This document shows positions 28,699 through 36,433 of a stretch of DNA of 64,000 nucleotides, piece after piece. The stretch comes from Bryobacterales bacterium. GTDB lineage: Bacteria; Acidobacteriota; Terriglobia; Bryobacterales; UBA6623. The DNA lies in assembly GCA_965219585.1 (NCBI GenBank), contig CBDCOA010000003.1:1642593-1706592 (forward strand). Direction: 5' to 3'. Numbering within the stretch: position 1 is the first letter of the stretch; every line of letters starts with the position of its first letter. The notes below the pieces were generated by a model, which saw nothing but the letters and a program-made list of their open reading frames with translations, searched no databases and was not told where the DNA came from. The position numbers and the translations under genes are program-made.

Positions 28699-31600
28699 AT
28701 GCATCGAAACGTCTGGCTCCTAGTGGGAGCGCTACTCCTGATGGGCGCGGCCATCGGCCTAGCCCAAACCAACGCCACGCTGACCGGAACTGTCAGCGAC
28801 GGGACCGGCGCGGTGATTCCCGCCGCCGAGATCGTGATCATGAACATGGAAACCGGCGAGTCGTACACAACGACGACGAACGAGACGGGCAGCTACACGA
28901 TCCCGTTCATCAAACCCGGCACGTTTGAACTGATCGTCACCACGGCGGGTTTCAAGCAGTACACGCGCGAGGGCATCCGCCTCGACACCGCTTCGGCGGT
29001 CAGGGCTGACGCGGTAATGGAGCTCGGCGACGTCACGGAGTCGGTCACGGTGGAAGCCGATGTGCCACTGCTCAAGACCGAGAACTCCTCGGTCGGCGGC
29101 GTGATCCAGAACCGGTCCATCGCGAACATGCCGTTGCTCGGGCGGCGAGCGGCCCAGCTAGTGCGCCTCAGCGGCTTCGTCGTTCAACGCGGCAACGGCT
29201 CGCAGTTCCAGATCGCCGGCGGACGAAGCAACAACGCCATGTGGACCTTGGACGGCGGCTCGACGCAGAACATCCTCTTGGGCGTGGCCTCGCTGAACTA
29301 CGACCCGCCGATCGAGGCGCTGGAAGAAATGAACGTCGAAGTGTCGAACTACAAGGCCGAGATGGGCCGCTCGGGAGGCGGCTTCATCCAGATGACCACC
29401 AAGGCCGGCACCAACACGTTTCACGGCGCACTCTACAACTTTCTGCGCAACGACGCGATGGATTCGCGGCAGTTCTTCGCCCGCAACAAGCAGACGCTCC
29501 GCCGCAACCAATACGGCTGGGCGCTCGGCGGCCCGATCGCCAAGGACCGCACGTTCTTCTTTGCCAGCCAAGAGTTCACGACACAGCGCACGGCCAACCC
29601 GAGGATTGAGAACATCCCCGATCCGGCCGAAACGCGCGGAGACTTCTCCGGCCTAGGCACGACGATCCACAATCCCGTGACCATGGAGCCGGTGCCGAAC
29701 AACATCATCCCGGCCGCCGATTTGGACCCGGTCGGTGCGGCCGTGGCGACGTTCTGGCCGACGCCGAACGTGGAGGGACGGCCGTCGCGGAGCCGGAACT
29801 TCCAGAACAACGCCCGCAACACCAACGACGCCAACACCGTGTCGGTTCGGGTCGACCACACCCTGAACCAACGGCACCGCATCTACGGGCGGTACGTGCA
29901 CAATGTCGGCCAGTCCGAACTATTCAAGGGCTTCTGGCCGACACCGGTCCACACCGCTCAGCGCTTGAACGACTTCTACTACTACAACTGGTCGGTCACC
30001 GAGATTTCCAACGTCACCAACAAGCTGGTGGCTGAGAACCGCTTCACGTGGAACAAGCGCAAATGGCACCCCAAGATCACCGCCAAGGGCATGGGCCTGT
30101 CGCAGCAGATCGGCTTCACCGGCAACAACCCCGAGTTCTTCCCGGGGTTCGGGCTGGCCGGAGGCATCCAGCGCATCGGCCGCGGCGGCGGCCAGGAGCG
30201 GCGCCAGTTCCCCATCCGGGACAACCACATCGTCTCAAACTGGACGTACGTCAGCGGCCAGCACACCGTCAAGTGGGGCGGAGAGTTCCGCTGGTCGATC
30301 AACGACGACGTGTTCCTGTCCCAAGCCGGGGGTTCGATGAACTTCAACCAAAACGCGACTGGGGATTCGGTTGCGGCCCTGCTTTATGGCTGGGTGGCGG
30401 GCGGCAGCAGGCAGGAGACCTTCCTGATTCGCAGCCGGGCGAACTCCATGGGCCTGTACGTGCAAGACGATTGGAAGGTCACGTCTAAGCTGGCGTTCAA
30501 CCTCGGCCTGCGCTGGGACTTCGACACTCCGCGGTTTGAAGCCATCGACAATCGCCAGAATTCGTTCGACGCAGCGGGCAACAATCCTGTCTGCGACTGC
30601 CCGGGAGTGATCACTTGGTCGGGGCGCGATGCCCGCAACGGCAGCAAGTACGCCCACAACTTCGTCTACGGCAATATCGGACCGCGCGTGGGCTTTTCTT
30701 ATCGCGCCACCGACGACTGGGTGATACGGGCGGGCGCGTCAATCGTGTACATCGGCCAGTACGACCAAGCGACCCCCATCGTCACCAACGCGGGCTTCTC
30801 GATCCAAGGCACCTTTGGCACGCTACGACCGACCGACGCGGCATTCCTGCTGCGCGACGGCCTGCCTCCGGTAGTCGAGCCGACAGAGGCCGACCTTGTG
30901 CCGGGTTTCGGTGCGGTGCCGATTGGCGACCGTCCAAGATTTTCGCCACAGTTCTTCGAGCCCGAGAACCGGCCGAACCCATACCTGCTGACCTACAACT
31001 TCAACATTCAGCGCCGCCTGCCCGGCGACATGCTGTTCGAGGTCGGCTACCTATCGACCATCGGCAAGAAGCTGACCATTCCCGGGTCTGCGACACAGAA
31101 CCAGATCCACCCGTCACAGATCGGCCTCGTGGACAGCCAAGGCATCGCACCGCAGGTCCTGCGCCCCTTCCCGCAATTCTCGAACGTGGTGATGATCTCG
31201 CCCACCTTCGGTGATTCGGAATACCATGGCGTGAACTTCAAACTTGAGAAGCGCTACTCGAACGGCATCCAATTCCAAACCAACTACACCTGGGCCAAGG
31301 CGATGGACAACGTCGAGGGCCGTAACGAGTTGGGCGGCGAAGATGGCCGCGTCCCGTTTGCGGACCAATACAACCGCCGGATCGCGTGGTCCGTGGGCGG
31401 GAGTCACATCGCCCACCGGGCCATCTTTAGCTTGGTGTACGAACTCCCATTTGGCCAAGGGCGCGCAGTGGCGTTTAGCAGCGGCGTGCTCAACCAAGTC
31501 CTAGGCGGCTGGTCGTTCGGTACTATCGTGGAAGCGCGCACCGGACCTCCCTTCTCGGCGTATTGGGGCAATGCCAGCCAAGTTTACCCGACAGCTGCCC

Positions 31601-31968
31601 GGGTCCGTGCTGATGCAAGCGGAGACTACCAGCGAAACGGCTCTTGGCGCGACAACGTCCGCGGCGAGAAGTTCTTTAACACCTCGGCCTTCCATCGCCC
31701 GGCGCGGTTCACTTTCGGCAACCTCGGCCGGAATGCGTTCATCGCTCCCGGAGCGCTGCGCGCCGATATTTCGATCATCAAGGACATCCGCATGCCGTGG
31801 GAGGGCCACACCCTACAGTTCCGTGGTGAGGTGATCAACCTTCCGAACCGGGCCAACTTCGGCTTGCCCGTCGGCAACGTGCAGAACCGTGCGTTCGGCA
31901 ACGTCACCGGGCTGACCCCAGGTGCTTCCGGCCGCATCCTGCAGCTTGGACTGCGCTACGGCTTCTAG
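28699..31968 (+). CDS. Large TonB-dependent receptor (Oar-like, Acidobacteria type)
   Basis: Signal peptide at MHRNVW, GTVSDGTGAVIP, TKAGTNTFHG, RNQYGWALGGPI, C-terminal RILQLGLRYGF. Confidence 0.93.
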   Translation: MHRNVWLLVGALLLMGAAIGLAQTNATLTGTVSDGTGAVIPAAEIVIMNMETGESYTTTTNETGSYTIPFIKPGTFELIVTTAGFKQYTREGIRLDTASAVRADAVMELGDVTESVTVEADVPLLKTENSSVGGVIQNRSIANMPLLGRRAAQLVRLSGFVVQRGNGSQFQIAGGRSNNAMWTLDGGSTQNILLGVASLNYDPPIEALEEMNVEVSNYKAEMGRSGGGFIQMTTKAGTNTFHGALYNFLRNDAMDSRQFFARNKQTLRRNQYGWALGGPIAKDRTFFFASQEFTTQRTANPRIENIPDPAETRGDFSGLGTTIHNPVTMEPVPNNIIPAADLDPVGAAVATFWPTPNVEGRPSRSRNFQNNARNTNDANTVSVRVDHTLNQRHRIYGRYVHNVGQSELFKGFWPTPVHTAQRLNDFYYYNWSVTEISNVTNKLVAENRFTWNKRKWHPKITAKGMGLSQQIGFTGNNPEFFPGFGLAGGIQRIGRGGGQERRQFPIRDNHIVSNWTYVSGQHTVKWGGEFRWSINDDVFLSQAGGSMNFNQNATGDSVAALLYGWVAGGSRQETFLIRSRANSMGLYVQDDWKVTSKLAFNLGLRWDFDTPRFEAIDNRQNSFDAAGNNPVCDCPGVITWSGRDARNGSKYAHNFVYGNIGPRVGFSYRATDDWVIRAGASIVYIGQYDQATPIVTNAGFSIQGTFGTLRPTDAAFLLRDGLPPVVEPTEADLVPGFGAVPIGDRPRFSPQFFEPENRPNPYLLTYNFNIQRRLPGDMLFEVGYLSTIGKKLTIPGSATQNQIHPSQIGLVDSQGIAPQVLRPFPQFSNVVMISPTFGDSEYHGVNFKLEKRYSNGIQFQTNYTWAKAMDNVEGRNELGGEDGRVPFADQYNRRIAWSVGGSHIAHRAIFSLVYELPFGQGRAVAFSSGVLNQVLGGWSFGTIVEARTGPPFSAYWGNASQVYPTAARVRADASGDYQRNGSWRDNVRGEKFFNTSAFHRPARFTFGNLGRNAFIAPGALRADISIIKDIRMPWEGHTLQFRGEVINLPNRANFGLPVGNVQNRAFGNVTGLTPGASGRILQLGLRYGF

Positions 31969-31988
31969 CCCGGCGACTCGGACGGCTC

Positions 31989-32017
31989 GGCGGGGCAGTC
32001 GCAGGGACTGCCCCGCC
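31989..32017 (+). terminator. GC-rich hairpin, probable terminator
   Basis: Perfect 12-bp stem GGCGGGGCAGTC-GCAGG-GACTGCCCCGCC, 20 bp after the TBDR stop; U-tract weak. Confidence 0.6.
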
Positions 32018-32290
32018 CTTCTCGCAGACGGATTCGAATAGGCGGATCACGAGCCATCTGCCTGAGCCTTCGCAGCTCGGCCAAGAGGCGGGTGATGGCC
32101 TCGATAGTCGAAAGTGTCCTACTACTCCGGCGGCACCCCGGCAGCGGCAGAAACCGATTATTCGGCACGACTTCCCGAATCCCCGCCCCCGGCGCGCGGA
32201 CGTCCCAGCCCAGATGCTTGTCGCGCGGCGCGCAGCCTACTGTAGACGCTCCACCTTTGGGCGGTCGCCACCATGACTGCGGATTCTGGC

Positions 32291-32366
32291 GAAAAGGGTC
32301 AGTAATCCGAAGGAAAAGGGTCAGCGTTCTGGCCGAAAAGAATCACTGTTCTGACGAAAAGGGTCA
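32291..32366 (+). repeat. IS21 right-end transposase-binding repeats (4 copies)
   Basis: GAAAAGGGTCA at 32291, 32313 and 32356; GAAAAGAATCA at 32335. Confidence 0.9.
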
Positions 32367-32462
32367 GTTCGGAGCGCAGCGACGCTGACGGATCCTAGTA
32401 TGCCATCAGGGAGGCACCTCCTTGCATGGATTCCCGGTTCCCGGGAAGATGGGACATCATCA

Positions 32463-33248
32463 TCATTCTGTTCCTCCTGTGTCCGCGGCGGCAGCGTCGA
32501 GTGGCCGGGGCTGCGGCTCTGCCTGTGTCAAATTTGGGCGGGCAGGCGGGCTCCCTGGCCAGCCTCCGTTGCGCGCCCAATGTTGCTCACACCGCAGCAA
32601 GTGCTGGCGCAGGTGCTGCCAGTACTGTGGCGGGTAGGTTTGCGGGGTGGCGGCGAGCACCTCTTCCAGCAGTGGCTGGAAGTAGTGCAGGCTGCGAATC
32701 GGCAGCCCGGCCGGCTGTGCGAGCAGTGTGATGGACTTGCGCGCGCAGCCGAGCAGGATGGCGTTGCGGGCGGTTTCCAGCGGGACTGCGGAACTGTGCC
32801 AGTGCCGCGCCAGGCACTCGTCAGCGGAGTTGAAGCGGCCCTGCACGCAGCTGGGCCGCAAGAAGGCCTGGCGCACGCTGGCGACATAGTTGGCGGCGGG
32901 ATCGGCCGCTGGGGCCAACTCGGAGTCGACCGCGGCATAGGGCCAGAAACGCGCACAGACGGTCAGCCGCGAGCGCCGGTGCTGGTTGGGAGCGGGCTCG
33001 ATCCGGCAGACCCCTTGGCGCACCAGTTCCTGCAAGCAGCGCCCCACAGTCGAGTGGCTCTTGGCCAGCTGGCGAGCCAGCTCGGCCCGCTCGAACTCGA
33101 GCGTGCCGGCCGGGCGCCGGGCTCGCAGACACACGTGCGCGAAGAGTTTGAAGGCCGCGTCGGAGAGCACTCCCAGCGCCCGCTCGAAACCCTCCCCGGC
33201 CGCGAAGAACGCACCGGCCGAGGGCTTGATGTGGAAACGCTCTCTCAT
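32463..33248 (-). CDS. IS21 third ORF: predicted winged HTH plus a DnaD-like C-terminal region
   Basis: ATGA overlap with the istB stop; LSDAAFKLFAHVC...ELARQLAKSHSTVGRCLQELVRQG; C-terminal AILLGCARK...IRSLHYFQPLLEEV. Domain calls are pattern-based. Confidence 0.75.
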   Translation of the reverse strand: MRERFHIKPSAGAFFAAGEGFERALGVLSDAAFKLFAHVCLRARRPAGTLEFERAELARQLAKSHSTVGRCLQELVRQGVCRIEPAPNQHRRSRLTVCARFWPYAAVDSELAPAADPAANYVASVRQAFLRPSCVQGRFNSADECLARHWHSSAVPLETARNAILLGCARKSITLLAQPAGLPIRSLHYFQPLLEEVLAATPQTYPPQYWQHLRQHLLRCEQHWARNGGWPGSPPARPNLTQAEPQPRPLDAAAADTGGTE

Positions 33249-34018
33249 GTCGCGTCCTCCTGCTGGCGATCTTCTTGCAGGCGTTGCGCGGCCTGCGTCT
33301 TACGCAGCGATTCCCCCTCCAGCGGGAAGCTGTGCGCCACGTGCACCAAGCGGTCCAGGATGCTGTCGGCCATGGTCGGATCGCCCATCTGCGCATGCCA
33401 GCTGGCGGGCGGCAGCTGGGAGGTCAGCACCGTCGAGCGCAGGTTGAAGCGGTCGTCGCAGATTTCCAGCAGGTCGCGCCGTTGGGAGTCGCTCAGCGGT
33501 GTCAGCGCGAAATCGTCCAGCACTAGCACGTCGGTGCGCGCCAGCCGGTCCAGCAGGCGCGGGAAGCTGCCGTCGGCGTGGGCCGCCTGCAGGTCCCGGA
33601 ACAGTTGCGTGCAACGCTTGTAGAGCGCGCTGTAGCCGTCCCGGCAGGCCTTGTGCGCCAAGGCGCAGGCCAGATACGTCTTGCCCACCCCGGAGGGGCC
33701 GGTCAGGATCACATTGTGCTTGTTGCGCACCCAGCGCGAATCGTGCGCCAGGCTGACGAAGCGCGACCGCTCCAGCCCGCGCGGGTGGCGGTAGTCGACG
33801 TCTTCCAGCGTCGCCTGCATGTGCAGCTTGGCCAGCGCCAGCCGCCGCGTCAAGGCGCGGCTCTGCTTCCAGCTGTGCTGGGAGTCGACCAGCAGGCCGA
33901 AGCGCTCCTCGAAGCTCAGCTCGGTCGCGCCCGGGTCGGCCAGCTGCTGGCGGAAGGCTTCCGCCATGCCGTTGAGGCGCAGTTGGTAGAGTTGTTCCAA
34001 AATCGGCTCGATCAACAT
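33245..34018 (-). CDS. istB: IS21 AAA+ helper ATPase IstB
   Basis: GPSGVGKT, VLVLDDF, LTSQLP..W, DSILDRLVH, GESLR; start trimmed to MLIEPILEQ. Confidence 0.97.
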   Translation of the reverse strand: MLIEPILEQLYQLRLNGMAEAFRQQLADPGATELSFEERFGLLVDSQHSWKQSRALTRRLALAKLHMQATLEDVDYRHPRGLERSRFVSLAHDSRWVRNKHNVILTGPSGVGKTYLACALAHKACRDGYSALYKRCTQLFRDLQAAHADGSFPRLLDRLARTDVLVLDDFALTPLSDSQRRDLLEICDDRFNLRSTVLTSQLPPASWHAQMGDPTMADSILDRLVHVAHSFPLEGESLRKTQAAQRLQEDRQQEDAT

Positions 34019-35607
34019 GCTGCGCCCTCCTTGGCCTGGCCGGCCCGCTGGGCCGCGGCGCGGAAATACTCCGGCCCGCGGATATTGCCGTGCTCGACCG
34101 GCGCTTGGGCCGAGACCTGCTCCGGCTCGCCGGGCTGGCTGTCCAGGCCGCGCTGCAAGATCTGCTTGACGCATTTGTAGCTGCACTCGCCGTGCGCCCG
34201 CGCGCGCTTGGCGGCCGCCTCCAAGCGCTGGCTACCGTAGTGCTTGCCGAGCCGGATAATCCCCAGGCTGGGCCGGTAGGCCTCGCTCGGGTGTGTCTTG
34301 GAATCCATCAGCTCGCGCACCAGCCGAGCCGTCTCCGGGCCGGCTTTTCCGGCCCACTCCACGATCCGTTCCGGCGGCCAGCCCAAGTGCTCGCGATGGG
34401 CCTTGGGGCGGTGCTGCTCGATGGTGCTGTAGCCGCCCTTGCCGCGCTCGCGGCGGTGCAGCGCCACCCGCTCGCCGCGATGGAACAACTCCACGCTGTG
34501 CGCGCTGAGGCGCACGTCGACCTGCTTGCGCAGCAGGCTGGCCGGGGCCGAGTAGTGCCACTTGCGCACCGTCACGTGATGGTCCACGTTGACCCGCGCC
34601 GTCAGCCATGCGGCGAATTCGTAGTCGCGCTCCGGCAAGGCCAGCAAAGCCGGCCGCTCCAGGCTGGCGAACACGCTCTGGCGCGAGCCCGCGCGCTTTT
34701 GGAACGGCTTGGCGTTGTAGGCCGCCAAGCCCTCCTGCAGCGCCTCGTTCAACTCTGCCAGGCTGCGGCAGCGGCGCTGCTGCCGCAACAGCGGCGTGAG
34801 CAACTCCCGCTCCACCCCCAGCACGGCCGCCTCCACGGCCGCTTTGTCACGCGGTTTGCCCGCTCGCGCCGGCAGCACCGCCGCGCCATAGTGTTGCGCC
34901 AGTTCGGCGTAGCTGCGGTTGACCTCCGGCTCGTAGCGGTCGGCCACGCGCACGGCCGCCTTCAAGTTGTCCGGCACGAACACGCGCGGCACCCCGCCAA
35001 AGAAGCGCAGCGCGTTCACATGCGCCCTCAGGAAACTCTCCAGGTCTTGGCTCCGGCAGGCCTCGGCATAGGTGTACGCGCTCAGCCCGAGCACGGCCAC
35101 GAAGATCTGAGCTTCCCAACTCCCCGACGGCTCGTACACCGTCGCCGTGTCGCCGGCGTAGTCAATGAAGAGCTGCTCGCCGGCCGTGTGATCGTGGTGC
35201 AGCACCACGTCCTGACTCGCGCGCCACTGCTTGTACAGCGCGCAGAACTGACTGTAGCTGTAGCTGCGGCCCGGCTCGCTCGCCGCGCAGTACTCGCTCC
35301 AGAGCTGCTCCAGCGTGACGCGCTTGAAGCGGCGCAACTGATCGTGCACATGTGCAAAGTCTGGCTGGCTGTGCCTCGCCGGCCCAGCGGCCGACGGGTA
35401 CAACTGTGCATACAACTCCGCATCGCTGGCGGCGGGACGGGCCAGCGGCCAGCCCAGCCCGGCTTGGCTGGCCCGTCCCAGCAAGCGCTGGATGGCCGAC
35501 TGGCTCACCCCGGTGGCGCGGGAGATCTCCCGCTGTGTGTGGCCTGCGTCATGGTGCAGGCGCAGGATTTCCTTGATTGCAAACATGGCGATTGGTAGCC
35601 TTGGCAT
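34012..35607 (-). CDS. istA: IS21 DDE transposase IstA
   Basis: IKEILRLH HTH, LFIDYAG, VPDNLKAAV, PRDKAAVEAAV, YSAP; AGGAGG RBS upstream. Confidence 0.97.
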   Translation of the reverse strand: MPRLPIAMFAIKEILRLHHDAGHTQREISRATGVSQSAIQRLLGRASQAGLGWPLARPAASDAELYAQLYPSAAGPARHSQPDFAHVHDQLRRFKRVTLEQLWSEYCAASEPGRSYSYSQFCALYKQWRASQDVVLHHDHTAGEQLFIDYAGDTATVYEPSGSWEAQIFVAVLGLSAYTYAEACRSQDLESFLRAHVNALRFFGGVPRVFVPDNLKAAVRVADRYEPEVNRSYAELAQHYGAAVLPARAGKPRDKAAVEAAVLGVERELLTPLLRQQRRCRSLAELNEALQEGLAAYNAKPFQKRAGSRQSVFASLERPALLALPERDYEFAAWLTARVNVDHHVTVRKWHYSAPASLLRKQVDVRLSAHSVELFHRGERVALHRRERGKGGYSTIEQHRPKAHREHLGWPPERIVEWAGKAGPETARLVRELMDSKTHPSEAYRPSLGIIRLGKHYGSQRLEAAAKRARAHGECSYKCVKQILQRGLDSQPGEPEQVSAQAPVEHGNIRGPEYFRAAAQRAGQAKEGAAC

Positions 35608-35699
35608 CGCGTGCCCTCCTGTCGCCTATGGGGACAGGAAGACACTTGCACCCGCCATCGTCGCCACGCTCTCGGCACTCGACCCCAAGCTCAGGCCGG

Positions 35700-35754
35700 T
35701 GACCCTTTTCAATCAGAACGGTGACCCTTTTCAATCAGAATCCTGATTCTTTTC
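35700..35754 (-). repeat. IS21 left-end repeats (3 copies, 22-bp period)
   Basis: + strand TGACCCTTTTC at 35700 and 35722, TGATTCTTTTC at 35744, each followed by AATCAGAA. Confidence 0.9.
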
Positions 35755-35959
35755 AATCAGAATACGCACCATGACCACTTCAATGCGGGTTTCGACTGGA
35801 CGGTAGACGATTCGATAGTCTCCCGATCACCAGCAATGGAGGCCTCGGAGCGGGAGTTGTAGCGGCTTGCCGCGGTCAGGCTCATCGCGAAGCTGCTCAA
35901 GAGCGGCATAGAGACGCCGCCGAACAGCCGGATCAATCGTCCTGATGGCCCGAGCGGCA

Positions 35960-36238
35960 CTAGCGCTGTACACCAGGGCCCAAGCCATCCCACACCTCCC
36001 CGTGACTCAGCAATCCTCCCGAAGCCGCCTCTTTCAAGCCGAGTTCGATCTGCCTCGAGAAGTCCCGGTCGCCCAGAATCTCCAACGTTTCGAGCAGCCC
36101 TTCGTATTCGGTCAAGGAAAGCAGCACTGCGACCGGGCGTCCGGATCGGGTAATGACCACATCTTCGCCGAGTTCCTCCACCTCGGCTAACAGCTTGGCG
36201 AGGTGCGTCTTGGCTTGCGACAGGGGCACCGCGGTCAT
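35960..36238 (-). CDS. Phd/YefM-family antitoxin
   Basis: VPLSQAKTHLAKLL...VVITRSGRPVAVLLSLTEYEGLLETLEIL; overlaps the toxin start. Confidence 0.93.
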   Translation of the reverse strand: MTAVPLSQAKTHLAKLLAEVEELGEDVVITRSGRPVAVLLSLTEYEGLLETLEILGDRDFSRQIELGLKEAASGGLLSHGEVWDGLGPGVQR

Positions 36239-36433
36239 GAGAACATGCCGTAGGCCATATTAGTCGAATTGATCACCCGGAAATCAAGTACGTCACGTTG
36301 ACTGGCAGCACCGTGACTTAACGCCGATACGGAGTTGGTACCACCAAACGCACCTCCATTCCGGCAGTGGACACGACCTCCGCCCAGACCCTGTCCTTCG
36401 TCACGACAGCAAGCCTGCTTGCCAGAGCTAGCG

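Larger units (their letters stand above)
32278..35768 (-). mobile_element. Complete IS21-family element (3491 bp) with three ORFs
   Basis: Ends TGCGGATTC / TGCGTATTC; 7-bp TSD CCATGAC at 32271-32277 and 35769-35775; internal GAAAAG(GG/AA)TCA repeats at both ends. Confidence 0.96.
32158..35988 (-). pseudogene. RelE/ParE-family toxin gene with an internal TGA, split by IS21
   Basis: ATG at 35988: MAWALVYSASAARAIRTIDPAVRRRLYAALEQLRDEPDRGKPLQLPLRGLHCW*SGDYRIVYRPVETRIEVVM, IS21 inserted here, then VATAQRWSVYSRLR... continuing in frame to TAA at 32160-32158. Confidence 0.88.

Noticed and set aside
32291-32366. Short regularly spaced repeats as a mini-CRISPR (also 35700-35754)
   Set aside because: 11-19-bp units at about 22-bp period, inverted between the two IS ends, no cas genes; these are IS21 end repeats
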